Shown here: piece after piece, positions 28,847 to 41,576 of the stretch
Layout: each line of letters starts with the position of its first letter
How positions within the stretch are numbered: the stretch's first letter is position 1
Sequence record: ON528746
Origin: Shigella phage ESh36
Length of the DNA stretch: 64,000 nt
Direction: 5' to 3' (one strand)
Made by a program: the position numbers and the translations under genes
The notes under the pieces: generated by a model
Database searches by the model: none
Told to the model about the DNA's origin: nothing
The model's input: the letters and a program-made list of their open reading frames with translations, nothing else

Positions 28847-29182
28847 TCACTTATAAAGACACGGAATAGCTTTATAGTGACAGGTAACGAATTTTTGTTT
28901 AATTTCTTTTGGCTGCTTAAGTCCCAAGGCTACAAAAGGATGCGGAACGTTTCGAATTTGACCAACTGGAAGAGAAGTCAAATCACCAACTTCACAGAAA
29001 CCTTCAGGAACATCAGGACCAACAGAGTGAACTACACACAGTTCAGGAACTTCACCTTGAACACGTTTACCGATAATAAGTCCTGATTCTGTAACTTCTT
29101 CATCACCGGCTTGTGCAGGTTCAGAAACTAAAATAACATACTCACCGACAGCACGAATTGGTAGCTGTTGTACTTCAGACAT
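28847..29182 (-). CDS. 31: co-chaperonin gp31 (GroES analogue)
   Basis: 111 aa from the second Met; [62 protein letters not shown]. Confidence 0.9.
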
Positions 29183-29238
29183 CATTTTTCCTTTTTGTTA
29201 ACAGATGAATTAATAATAACAAATAATTCTTAAAGCAT

Positions 29239-29547
29239 TTATTTACCAATAAATTGAAGCAAATGCTCAGCTTTCATACCATTAACGGAAATCAATTTGT
29301 CAATAGAAAAACCTCGCCACACGCCAAGCTCAACATCAAATACTGGAATCATATCAGTAGATTCTTTCCGAGCAGATTCAGTCAATTTACCAGTTTGCAT
29401 GGTTGGCATAAAGTCCGCATCACGAGTGCCTTTCATAGTACGAATAGTACCATCAGACTTTTCAAAAACTACGTTTGAAACCCCCATGGACAATTTAGTT
29501 TTCAAAATTTCACGAATTGCTATTTTTTGTTCAGTCGTCAGTTTCAT
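29239..29547 (-). CDS. hypothetical protein (T4 31.1 position)
   Basis: 102 aa ORF. Confidence 0.5.
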   Translation of the reverse strand: MKLTTEQKIAIREILKTKLSMGVSNVVFEKSDGTIRTMKGTRDADFMPTMQTGKLTESARKESTDMIPVFDVELGVWRGFSIDKLISVNGMKAEHLLQFIGK

Positions 29548-29784
29548 TTATTTACCTATCACAGTTTTAATATGAGTTGTTCCACGTTCTTTAAGTGTGG
29601 AAAGCAGTTTTTGGCATTTTTCTAAATCAGATTTCCAACTATATGGATTATCAATACAAACCCAGTTTGACTTATAATACTGTTTCCATTTAGAGAAAAA
29701 ATATTTCTTATACTCTACAGCAAATGAAATGTTCTCATTAGAATAAGAACTAATTGCTGTGAGTTGTACCAAACGAAATTTCAT
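29548..29784 (-). CDS. hypothetical protein (T4 31.2 position)
   Basis: 78 aa ORF. Confidence 0.5.
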   Translation of the reverse strand: MKFRLVQLTAISSYSNENISFAVEYKKYFFSKWKQYYKSNWVCIDNPYSWKSDLEKCQKLLSTLKERGTTHIKTVIGK

Positions 29785-30365
29785 TATTCACCGCAGAATT
29801 CGTTGATATTTTCCCAGTTTAACTTATTCAAGTTTTTCTTAGGAACATTAAACACTTCAATACCTGCATTTCGCAGAATATCATCCCAGCCAGGTTTATT
29901 TTTATCGTATGTTTCGCAATAAACCAGCTTTTTAATACCAGATTGAGCTATCGCTTTTGCACAATCTGGGCAAGGAGAAAGTGTTACATACATAGTAGCA
30001 CCTTCAATTGAAGAACCGTTTCGTGCAGCAAACAAAATCGCATTTAGTTCAGCATGAATTTCATTTTTAGACGACCATTCAGAGTGAGCGCTGCGGTGTT
30101 CTTTCGCCAAAACAAAACGATCAGTTGAACCAAATGATACACATTCGGGCTTATGACCTTGAATGATAGTATGTTTAGGCTTATTCAGCAACCAACCTTG
30201 CTCAGCAGCATAATCGCAGCAATTCACACCACCTGCCGGAGAACCATTATATCCGGTAGAAATAATACGTCCATTCTTTTCAATTACTGCTCCTACCTTC
30301 CAGGAGCAACATTTTGATTCTTGTGATACTAAATATGCAATTTGAAGTACTGTACTCGCTTTCAT
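29784..30365 (-). CDS. cd: dCMP deaminase
   Basis: 193 aa; zinc-binding deaminase motifs HAELNAI and PCPDCAKAI. Confidence 0.9.
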   Translation of the reverse strand: MKASTVLQIAYLVSQESKCCSWKVGAVIEKNGRIISTGYNGSPAGGVNCCDYAAEQGWLLNKPKHTIIQGHKPECVSFGSTDRFVLAKEHRSAHSEWSSKNEIHAELNAILFAARNGSSIEGATMYVTLSPCPDCAKAIAQSGIKKLVYCETYDKNKPGWDDILRNAGIEVFNVPKKNLNKLNWENINEFCGE

Positions 30366-30700
30366 TTCATAATCACCAGATAAGCAGATTTAGCAGTTTC
30401 AACACGATAAATTTCGTGACGAAGTTTAGTTATACTTTTAATAACAGAACTAATTATATTCTGCCCATCTTTAAAGCGGTTTTTCTTATCAATAAAAATT
30501 GCGCCAACCATCTTTTTGTGAAGCTCAACTGGGTACTTCGTCACAATAATAGCATCATACACAGAAGGATGAATACTATTCACTAGAGTGTCATTCATTA
30601 AAGTTATTCTAATGAACTGTGCTGTTTCAGAGTCAAGCGCTCTATGATCGCCAGTATCATTTTCAAGACAATTATCAATTATATCAGTTAAATTCATCAT
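30362..30700 (-). CDS. hypothetical protein (cd.x cluster, 1st)
   Basis: 112 aa ORF. Confidence 0.5.
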   Translation of the reverse strand: MMNLTDIIDNCLENDTGDHRALDSETAQFIRITLMNDTLVNSIHPSVYDAIIVTKYPVELHKKMVGAIFIDKKNRFKDGQNIISSVIKSITKLRHEIYRVETAKSAYLVIMK

Positions 30701-30933
30701 AGTACGCCATACACCCTTTGTGCTTCAACTAATCCATCAAAATCCAATTTGAGATGTGTTATTTGGTCACCATCACCTGGATTCACAATTACTAATACTG
30801 AACGAGGAGTTTCGGTAATAACACGAACCGATGTTTCTGGAAATCGTTCAGAAACCTTATTTACCAATTCCTGAGCAAATAGTTTAACTTTTTCTTGGAA
30901 TTCTTTAACAGTAATTGGTTTTTCACTTAGCAT
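30697..30933 (-). CDS. hypothetical protein (cd.x cluster, 2nd)
   Basis: 78 aa ORF. Confidence 0.5.
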   Translation of the reverse strand: MLSEKPITVKEFQEKVKLFAQELVNKVSERFPETSVRVITETPRSVLVIVNPGDGDQITHLKLDFDGLVEAQRVYGVL

Positions 30934-30995
30934 TTTGTTTTCCTCATTTGTTTTGGTAGAGCTATAATATCACAACTCTACCATAAAGTAAACCA

Positions 30996-31277
30996 TTAAA
31001 TTGCTTTGAATTCTGATGTCTGTGATTCAAAGCGAATATCGCCTTTGATGACTAGCTCAGCATCAAGACCAAATACGACAATGATATGCGCGGAACCCGG
31101 ATACAGCGTAATTGCAATAGAATCCACCTGGTCTGGAAGCAAAGTGTTCAATACATGAGTCACTTGAGCATGAATTCGAAGCTCGGCTGCGTTATCAAGC
31201 TTTTCAAACATATTATTAGCGATAATTTGACTAAACACTACTTCTACGATTTTAGAATAAGTCGGAAACATATTCAC
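30996..31277 (-). CDS. hypothetical protein (cd.x cluster, 3rd)
   Basis: 93 aa ORF. Confidence 0.5.
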   Translation of the reverse strand: MNMFPTYSKIVEVVFSQIIANNMFEKLDNAAELRIHAQVTHVLNTLLPDQVDSIAITLYPGSAHIIVVFGLDAELVIKGDIRFESQTSEFKAI

Positions 31278-31466
31278 CCCACATAATTTTCTTCAAGCCA
31301 ATTAATAACATCCAACGCATTATCAAAAGTTGAACCATCTACTATGTCTTCTGTTTCATAATCAAGAATATCTAAGTCTATTCTTCCATCAACAATAGGC
31401 CATAAACAAAATAGATATTTCTTTTCTTTTTCAATTTTATCGCAAAGTTGATAAATCTTTTCTATG

Positions 31467-31474
<8 letters not shown>
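31274..31474 (-). CDS. hypothetical protein (cd.x cluster, 4th)
   Basis: 66 aa ORF. Confidence 0.45.
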
Positions 31475-32889
<1,415 letters not shown>

Positions 32890-32892
32890 TTA

Positions 32893-33123
32893 TTATTTCT
32901 CAACCAATGATTGAATATAATCATGCAGGTCTTTAGATGCTTTACCCCACTTATTTTGGTATTCATTTTTAAGATTAGCACGAGATTGAGCTAATAAAAC
33001 ATCATTAGTTGGAGGTAAAGATTCTAACCGCTGAATCTGGCGTCCGTAAATCATTGCAGCCATCTCGGATTCATAAATCAATCCTTTGAGATGTTCAAAT
33101 TGATGCCATGAAATCATTTGCAT
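32893..33123 (-). CDS. hypothetical protein
   Basis: 76 aa ORF overlapping the o-spanin ORF by 10 nt. Confidence 0.4.
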   Translation of the reverse strand: MQMISWHQFEHLKGLIYESEMAAMIYGRQIQRLESLPPTNDVLLAQSRANLKNEYQNKWGKASKDLHDYIQSLVEK

Positions 33124-33413
33124 TTATCCTCTTTTAACTCTTGGCGATAATAACATATCATAGTTTTCTGATCATGTACATATCGTTTTACATCATTAAG
33201 CCAAATACGAAATTCCTGAGAATCTTCAAATGGCATACCGACCCAAGCTTTACCATCAATAACTTTAACTTGCCAGGATAGTTTAGCTTCATCATATGAC
33301 TTTATTTGTACTGGCCAATTAGGATGAACTGTTTCTTTCTTTACTTCTAGAGGCTTTGTCGAACAACCAACTAGAAGACCAATAGATAATATTACTGCTG
33401 ATAGTCTAATCAT
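33114..33413 (-). CDS. pseT.2: o-spanin (outer-membrane lipoprotein)
   Basis: 99 aa; signal peptide with lipobox MIRLSAVILSIGLLVGC; adjacent to i-spanin-like ORF. Confidence 0.65.
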   Translation of the reverse strand: MIRLSAVILSIGLLVGCSTKPLEVKKETVHPNWPVQIKSYDEAKLSWQVKVIDGKAWVGMPFEDSQEFRIWLNDVKRYVHDQKTMICYYRQELKEDKCK

Positions 33414-33763
33414 TTAGAAAGGTCCTGGATGTCTTCTGCGAACTTGTTGAAGGAGTTGTTGATTTGTTTTTCAACCAATCCTGGCTTATGAGCCACCACA
33501 TCCGCCTTCTTTGCATCTTTGCGCAGTTTTTCATTTTCACGCTCAATAGCAGCAATTGCCTCACGATTTTTATTATTCATCGCATCAATATAATTATACT
33601 GAATTCGCAAATTATTTAATGCTAAAGCGTTTTCATTGGCCGTTTTTGTAATTTCTACAACAGACGTTTCTAATCTTTCAATTTTATTTTTTAAAATTAA
33701 AGAAGTTCCGCCTAATGCAATTACAATTAATAGCAAACCTGCTGTCGTATTACTTAATTGCAT
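33410..33763 (-). CDS. pseT.3: i-spanin (inner-membrane spanin subunit)
   Basis: 117 aa; N-terminal TM helix (AGLLLIVIALGGTSLIL) then coiled-coil-like region. Confidence 0.65.
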   Translation of the reverse strand: MQLSNTTAGLLLIVIALGGTSLILKNKIERLETSVVEITKTANENALALNNLRIQYNYIDAMNNKNREAIAAIERENEKLRKDAKKADVVAHKPGLVEKQINNSFNKFAEDIQDLSK

Positions 33764-34260
33764 AAAGTTTTAATAACCTCTATAATATCGTCTTGAGAAA
33801 GACCGTTAATTAAAATATGATGTTCAGCAGGAGATTTAGAAATTTTAAAGCATGCCTCAACATCTTCTGCCATATCCGATGCGCTACGATTTGGATTACT
33901 AATTCCAAGACGATGTTTTCCCGTCAAAGGATTAACGATGATATAGCATTTACAGTTGTTAATATGAACATTAGGTTGAGTCTGATTAATGAACACATCA
34001 CAATCATATTTCGCAAGCTGATTTTCTAAAAATACTTTCATCTCCTCAACTGCATCAGGAAGCATATCACGGGCTTGCTCAAGACGACGATTTCGATATT
34101 CTTTAATAGTCGTTTTCCGCTTAACTTGCTTAGCTAAATCTTTCTTAAGATCGGTGATATATCCAACTCGACGATTTCCTTTAAATACAGAAATCCCATC
34201 TGTAGTATCACCGTATGCTTCAACGACCATCTCAGTAGTAATAAGCTGCAAATCCATCAT
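33754..34260 (-). CDS. alc: Alc, inhibitor of host transcription
   Basis: 168 aa from ATGATG at 34260, preceded by GAGGGG; T4 Alc length and position; early promoter at 34290-34319. Confidence 0.75.
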   Translation of the reverse strand: MMDLQLITTEMVVEAYGDTTDGISVFKGNRRVGYITDLKKDLAKQVKRKTTIKEYRNRRLEQARDMLPDAVEEMKVFLENQLAKYDCDVFINQTQPNVHINNCKCYIIVNPLTGKHRLGISNPNRSASDMAEDVEACFKISKSPAEHHILINGLSQDDIIEVIKTLCN

Positions 34261-34289
34261 AAAGCCCCTCATGTTATGTCAGTAAGATT

Positions 34290-34319
34290 ATTATAACACA
34301 GCATAAGGGACTTGTAAAC
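34290..34319 (-). promoter_or_regulatory. early promoter for alc
   Basis: Minus strand GTTTAC-N18-TATAAT with the same conserved leader as the promoter at 20580-20609. Confidence 0.6.
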
Positions 34320-34322
34320 AGC

Positions 34323-35910
<1,588 letters not shown>

Positions 35911-35940
35911 AATAAAATGGGCCTTGCGGCCCACTCCTTA
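35911..35940 (-). promoter_or_regulatory. hairpin-split ribosome-binding site of denA (and possible nrdB terminator)
   Basis: mRNA reads UAAGGAG-UGGGCC-GCAA-GGCCCA-UUUUAUU-AUG; the Shine-Dalgarno is 23 nt from the AUG in linear sequence but about 7 nt if the GNRA-tetraloop hairpin forms. Confidence 0.5.
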
Positions 35941-36440
35941 AAAGTATTTTTTAAAACTCATCATAACTTTATCATCAACATCATTATCAATCTGTGCAAC
36001 AAGGTAAGATGACAATTCTACTTCTTGTGGCGCAGATTGAACATTATCAGAATTAAGGTATTCACGAATCCAAGGATATGGATGTTTAACCGGAGCATCG
36101 GTAATTGGGCATGGAAGACCACACTGTTTCATACGAGATACAGTTAAGTAATCAATAAAGCTCCACATGCTATTTGTATTTAATCCAGGAACATCACCAT
36201 CTTTAAATAAATGAACTGCCCAGTCTTTTTCTTGACGGTTAACTTCCATGAAAATATCAACTGCTTCTTGTTCACACTCTTGGGCGATTTTAACCCATTC
36301 ATCACCATCAGTGCCAAGTTGAAGTTGACGAATAATATATTGGGTGCCTTTAAGGTGAAGCTGCTCATCACGTGCAATGAACTTCATAATCTTGGCATTA
36401 CCTTCCATGATTTCCATGTTCTTATGGAAGTTAAAGGTAC
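35938..36440 (-). CDS. nrdB: ribonucleotide reductase small subunit NrdB, exon 2
   Basis: Continues NrdB after the exon 1 stop; ...TFNFHKNMEIMEGNAKIMKFIARDEQLHL... matches E. coli NrdB FAFAERELMEGNAKII; 3' splice site placed by homology and is approximate. Confidence 0.8.
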
Positions 36441-37027
36441 CGTTATGTTCGATTGAGCTCGCTAATTCTCAACCCGTTCTCTTATGAACTGCTACATATT
36501 ACTATGCAGACCAGACTATATCACAATCCCAGAGGGATTCTCCCCATTTCGAGTCGCTTGACCCTACGTCCGAAGACTAGTCGTTGAACCTTGCTTTGCA
36601 ATTGTCGCCGTGCCATCGTTTATATGTTGATGGTGATAAATCTTTCTTATCACAATATGGACAATTCAATTGAATTCTATTTGGATTTAATTTACATCTG
36701 TCATTATGTTTTAGATAAAATCCAGGACCTTTACCAATGTGACCGCAGAAATCACATGTGATTTCTTTTTGTGCAGTCTTAACCATTTCTAATGTTTTTG
36801 CTGATGTCTTTTCTTATGGTCTTCCATCAGAATCTTTAGGTATAGGTCCGTTAGCATCTATCCAAATTTTTCTATAGTTCAATTGTGCATCCTCTTAAAA
36901 GTATAATCATATTTATGTTATACTAATTAAAGGTGCAAGCAAAACCTTGGCTGCTAGTTTTCCTATAAAGGACTTTCCAGCAATTAAAGGAGTTTTCGAT
37001 AAACGTTACCGTTTAAAGGCGCATTTT
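36441..37027 (-). mobile_element. group I intron interrupting nrdB (approx. 587 nt)
   Basis: NrdB frame stops (TAA) straight after ...FYVSFA and resumes about 590 nt downstream; proposed 5' exon ends in U and intron ends in G, as group I rules require; contains a decayed HNH endonuclease ORF. Confidence 0.7.
36577..36882 (-). pseudogene. I-TevIII: decayed intron-encoded HNH homing endonuclease (I-TevIII-like)
   Basis: Reads (L/M)NYRKIWIDANGPIPKDSDGRP-TAA-EKTSAKTLEMVKTAQKEITCDFCGH...CPYCDKKD...; HNH-type N-terminus then in-frame stop, HNH catalytic core missing, zinc-finger-like tail retained. Confidence 0.6.
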
Positions 37028-37703
37028 ACGCAAAAGATACATAAAAACGAATAGCTTCTAAGGCATTAATAACGTGCAAACAGAGGTAAAGAGATTTCAT
37101 TAGCTCACGCTTCCAATATGTCTCATGCTCAATAGCATCTTCAATAACGTCTTCGTCTGCATTAATTTCTTTTTGGTATTCGATATCAGCTTTAGCGTTT
37201 TCCCAATAACGAGTTTTAATCAGAACATCATCATAATAGCGACCGATAGATTCAGCACGTTTCATGATAGCTTCATCTAATACAATCTCATCAAATACCT
37301 TTGACGGATCAGTATAAAGATTTCGCATGATATGAGTATATGAACGACTGTGAATAGTTTCACTAAAAGTCCATGTAGCAACCCATGTATCAAGACTTGG
37401 GTCTGAAAGCAATGGCATAAGTACAGCAGACGGCGCACGACCTTGAATACTATCAAGTAATGATTGATACTTCAGATTATTAGTAAAAATATTTTGTTGA
37501 TACTGAGGAAGCTTATTAAATTGAGTAGCATCCATCATCAAGTTTACTTCTTCAGGACGCCAGAAAAACGAGAGCTGACGTTCAATAAGTTCTTCAAATA
37601 CCCTATGTCGTTGAATATCATAACGCGCAATTCCAAGACCAGACCCAAAAAACATGGGTTCTGTTAAAACATCAACCTGTTTAGTATTAAAAACTGTACT
37701 CAT
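37028..37703 (-). CDS. nrdB: ribonucleotide reductase small subunit NrdB, exon 1
   Basis: 225 codons ending ...LHVINALEAIRFYVSFA; ferritin-like di-iron protein. Confidence 0.85.
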
Positions 37704-39337
37704 TATTTTGTCCTGTAAACTAAATTTCCACAGTCCCAGATTCTTCTAAGACCATTTGCATAACAATTTTCTACTTCAGTTATTGTATCATCATAATTTT
37801 TAAGCTTGTTTTTAAGCTTATGTTTCATATAGCTTGAGCGGTGAAATACCTCTCCTTTATCGACATACCAATAACATGGCTCAGAGATATGACTAAATTC
37901 CATGACAGAGTCATAAACATTTGATAATGTACTGCACCATCTTCGATTGCCATAAGATAGACAATTAATTCCTTTTAATAATTTTGAGGCTCCTCCTACA
38001 ACACAAACCCCCAATTTTGAACACATCCTTAAAAGTTCATCACCTGTGCTATATCTAGATTTACCGATAGAAATAATTTGAACTAACTCATTATTGTAAT
38101 AAAGTCCTTTATACGTATGAGCTCCCGAGCAAAATCCTTGAAGATGATTCTTATTAATAAATTCTTTTGCCTCATCCTTATTAACAAAACGCGCTTTGCA
38201 TTTTCGGGCTGGTATTCTTTCTGATAATCCTAATTTATGCTTTATAATGGATTTCCAGATCTCTCTTTTTGTATCATCAATCCATTCATTTTCGAAGATG
38301 TGAAGTAATTGAATTCCTTGTGCTTCACACATCTCTGTCTTCATCAAATGATAAGTTTCTTTAATTTTATCTGTTTCCTTTGACCCGCTAGAATGCCAAT
38401 AAATTCCATCATATTCTATAGCCATTTTTTTCTCAGGAATGTAAATATCTAATTCATACGGAGGAATAATTTTTCTAGTTTCTACGCAATCAAATCCTAG
38501 ATCTAAAATGAATTGCTCTATAGAACTTTGAGTATAATGAACGTCAATTAGTCCTTTGGATGAAAGAGCTCTATAAGCCGTCATCCGAGAACAATTTGCT
38601 AATTGTTGTAGTTCTTCTATAGAAATTTTGTAATTGATTTTATCTAGTATATCATGATTAATATGACCGTTATTTTTAATAGATTTTCCTATAGATGAAT
38701 ATAACGATGCCTTATATTCTTCAGTCCAATTTAATTTAGTCTTCTTAGATTTTTCGCGAGATTTTTTAGAATGCAGAATATCAACTGATTTACCGTTTTC
38801 TATAACTTTTCTCGCTTCTTTCACACTTTCTAATTGTGAATTATGCGTTACCCCATATCGTTCAATTAAAGTTTTTCTATTTTTATTTCTTGAAATTTTT
38901 TGATGAGTTGTTCCATATTTTTCTAAAGAATTTTTGTGTTGAAGTTCAGACAAATATTTTTTATATTTTTCTTTTCCGCCAAAATTTGTATCACGGCTTT
39001 GAATTCTCTTATCCGCGAAAAATATCCCTGAGCAGGATTTACTACATGTTGCTGGAAATACACGTTTCTTTGCTGTTTTCAGAGAAATGAAATTTCCACA
39101 AACTGCACATTTTAGATCGTTAATGTCAATGCCTTCCATAATTTGGAACACATTGAGCTTAAAATCTATTCCATCAGTTAGAAGAGCTTTATCTTCTTCT
39201 GTTAGTCTAGATTTAAGTTTTTCTTCTCCAAATGGAAGAAACTTTCCGTTTTTGTATATATTATCAAACATAGCGTTATTCTTAGTTAACCACATCCTTG
39301 TGGTAATTATATCATAATTTACAGGATGAACAATCAT
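37703..39337 (-). CDS. modular putative homing endonuclease with Vsr/DUF559-like nuclease motif (mobE position)
   Basis: 544 codons; Cys cluster CAVCGN...CSKSCSG; NUMOD3-like repeats; HTH-like segment; AIEYDGIYWHS...ETDKIK...GIQLLHIFENEW resembling Vsr-like PD-(D/E)xK domains; ATG lies 26 nt inside nrdA 3' end; true start uncertain. Confidence 0.5.
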   Translation of the reverse strand: MIVHPVNYDIITTRMWLTKNNAMFDNIYKNGKFLPFGEEKLKSRLTEEDKALLTDGIDFKLNVFQIMEGIDINDLKCAVCGNFISLKTAKKRVFPATCSKSCSGIFFADKRIQSRDTNFGGKEKYKKYLSELQHKNSLEKYGTTHQKISRNKNRKTLIERYGVTHNSQLESVKEARKVIENGKSVDILHSKKSREKSKKTKLNWTEEYKASLYSSIGKSIKNNGHINHDILDKINYKISIEELQQLANCSRMTAYRALSSKGLIDVHYTQSSIEQFILDLGFDCVETRKIIPPYELDIYIPEKKMAIEYDGIYWHSSGSKETDKIKETYHLMKTEMCEAQGIQLLHIFENEWIDDTKREIWKSIIKHKLGLSERIPARKCKARFVNKDEAKEFINKNHLQGFCSGAHTYKGLYYNNELVQIISIGKSRYSTGDELLRMCSKLGVCVVGGASKLLKGINCLSYGNRRWCSTLSNVYDSVMEFSHISEPCYWYVDKGEVFHRSSYMKHKLKNKLKNYDDTITEVENCYANGLRRIWDCGNLVYRTK

Positions 39338-41576
39338 CTGCTTTAGGAGTTTCTATTTCGTAATCATCAGTACCAGAACCATCGCGGGTATTATGATAAT
39401 AGAAATTTTTAATGCCATAATACCATCCGTATAGCATATCATCAATCATTATTGACATTGGAACCTTTCCTTTTGGAAAAATCTGCGGGTCATAATATGT
39501 ATTCGCTGAAGCTGATTGACATACCCATTTCAGCATAATAGCTACCTGCGTAAGATAAGGTTTATTACCTTTCTTAGCTAATTTCCATGTATAATCATAT
39601 AGGTCTATGTTATGTTCAATATTGGGCACGACTTGATTAAAGGAACCCTCTTTTGATTCTTTAACAGAGACTGGTCCACGTGGAGGCTCGATACCGTTTG
39701 TACTGTTAGAAACTTGGGAAGATGACTCACATGGCATAAGTGCTGATAATGTGCTATTACGGATGCCAAAGAGCTTAAGGTCTTCCCGCAGCGACGACCA
39801 GTCACAAACGTATTTTGGAGCTGCGATTTGGTCAATCTTTTTATTGTACCAGTCGATAGGTAATTCGCCTCGAGACCAACGAGTGTCTGAATAATATTCG
39901 CAAGGTCCTTTTTCTTTGGCGAGCTTAATGGATGCTTTAATGAGTCCATACTGTAATCTCTCAAATAGTTCATGTGTTAAATCGTTAGCATCTTCATAAG
40001 AAGCAAAGTTACTTGCCAGCCAAGCTGCATAGTTGGTAACACCTACGCCAAGATTTCGACGCTTTTTAGCTTTTTCTGCTTCAGGAACCGGATATCCTTG
40101 GTAATCCAAAAGATTATCAAGAGCACGAACTTGAACTTCTGCCAATTCATTAATTTTATCTTGGTCTTGCCAGTCAAAATTATCTAGTACGAATGCAGAG
40201 AGAGTACACAATCCAATTTCAGCATCAGGACTATTCACATCATTTGTTGGAATAGCAATTTCACAGCACAAGTTACTCTGACGAATAGGTGCCTTTTCAC
40301 GAATAAACGGAGTATAGTTATTCGTATTATCAATGAACTGTACATAAATCCTTGCTGTTCCTGAACGTTCAGTCATGAGCAATTCAAACAGTTCACGGGC
40401 TTTAATACGCTTTTTACGAATATTAGGGTCTTTTTCTGCTGCTTCGTATAATTCACGGAAACGGTCTTGGTCTTTAAAATAAGAATAATAAAGTTCGCCA
40501 CCCATTTCATGCGGACTGAACAAAGTAATGTAATCATTCTTTCCGAATCGTTCCATCATTAGGTCATTCAGTTGAACGCCATAATCCATATGACGGATAC
40601 GGTTTTCTTCTACGCCTTTGTTATTTTTCAAAACGAGAAGATTTTCAACTTCCAAATGCCAAATAGGATAATAAGCAGTAGCAGCGCCGCCACGAATTCC
40701 ACCCTGTGAGCATGATTTAACAGCAGTCTGAAAATGTTTCCAAAAAGGAATAACACCAGTATGGCGTACTTCACCCATGCCAATCTTAGAACCTTCGGCA
40801 CGAATCATACCAACGTTAATACCAATTCCAGCGCGTTTAGAGATATATTCAACAATCGAAGCGGAAGCCTTATTGATAGACTTCAATGAATCTCCTGCCT
40901 CAATAACAACACATGAACTAAACTGTCGAGTCGGAGTACGGCAACCAGCCATAATAGGAGTTGGCAATGAAATCTGTCGAGTAGATACTGCTTCATAAAA
41001 ACGAATAACATGTTTTAATCTATCAACAGGTTCATCTTGATGCAATGCCATTCCAATAGTCATAAATGCAAACTGTGGAGTTTCATAAATTTGACCAGTG
41101 GTTTTATCTTTAACTAAATATTTTTCTTTTAATTGCATCGCCCCGGAATAAGTAAATTCCATATCCCGTTCGTGCTTAATTTTTGATTCTAAAAATGTAA
41201 TTTCTTCTGCTGAATATTTTGACAATAATTCAGGGTCATATTTACCTGCATTTACACAATAAGAAATATGGTCAATAAATGAACGTGGTTCATATTGCCC
41301 GTAAACATGCTTACGAAGAGCGAACATTAAACAACGTGCAGCTACATATTGATAATCAGGCTCTTCAACCGAAATAGAATTCGCAGCAGCCTTAATTACA
41401 ATGGTTTGAATGTCATCAGTTGTCATTCCATCACGGAGATATGATTTAATATTTTCATATAATTCATAAGGATCTACAGATGTTCCTTCAGCTGCCCAAG
41501 ATAAAACTTTAATAATTTTTTGCGGGTCAAAGCTCTGAGAAACACCACTACTTTTGATAACATTAATTAATTGCAT
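39312..41576 (-). CDS. nrdA: ribonucleotide reductase large subunit NrdA
   Basis: 754 aa; N-terminal ATP-cone ([31 protein letters not shown]); T4 NrdA length. Confidence 0.95.
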   Translation of the reverse strand: MQLINVIKSSGVSQSFDPQKIIKVLSWAAEGTSVDPYELYENIKSYLRDGMTTDDIQTIVIKAAANSISVEEPDYQYVAARCLMFALRKHVYGQYEPRSFIDHISYCVNAGKYDPELLSKYSAEEITFLESKIKHERDMEFTYSGAMQLKEKYLVKDKTTGQIYETPQFAFMTIGMALHQDEPVDRLKHVIRFYEAVSTRQISLPTPIMAGCRTPTRQFSSCVVIEAGDSLKSINKASASIVEYISKRAGIGINVGMIRAEGSKIGMGEVRHTGVIPFWKHFQTAVKSCSQGGIRGGAATAYYPIWHLEVENLLVLKNNKGVEENRIRHMDYGVQLNDLMMERFGKNDYITLFSPHEMGGELYYSYFKDQDRFRELYEAAEKDPNIRKKRIKARELFELLMTERSGTARIYVQFIDNTNNYTPFIREKAPIRQSNLCCEIAIPTNDVNSPDAEIGLCTLSAFVLDNFDWQDQDKINELAEVQVRALDNLLDYQGYPVPEAEKAKKRRNLGVGVTNYAAWLASNFASYEDANDLTHELFERLQYGLIKASIKLAKEKGPCEYYSDTRWSRGELPIDWYNKKIDQIAAPKYVCDWSSLREDLKLFGIRNSTLSALMPCESSSQVSNSTNGIEPPRGPVSVKESKEGSFNQVVPNIEHNIDLYDYTWKLAKKGNKPYLTQVAIMLKWVCQSASANTYYDPQIFPKGKVPMSIMIDDMLYGWYYGIKNFYYHNTRDGSGTDDYEIETPKADDCSSCKL

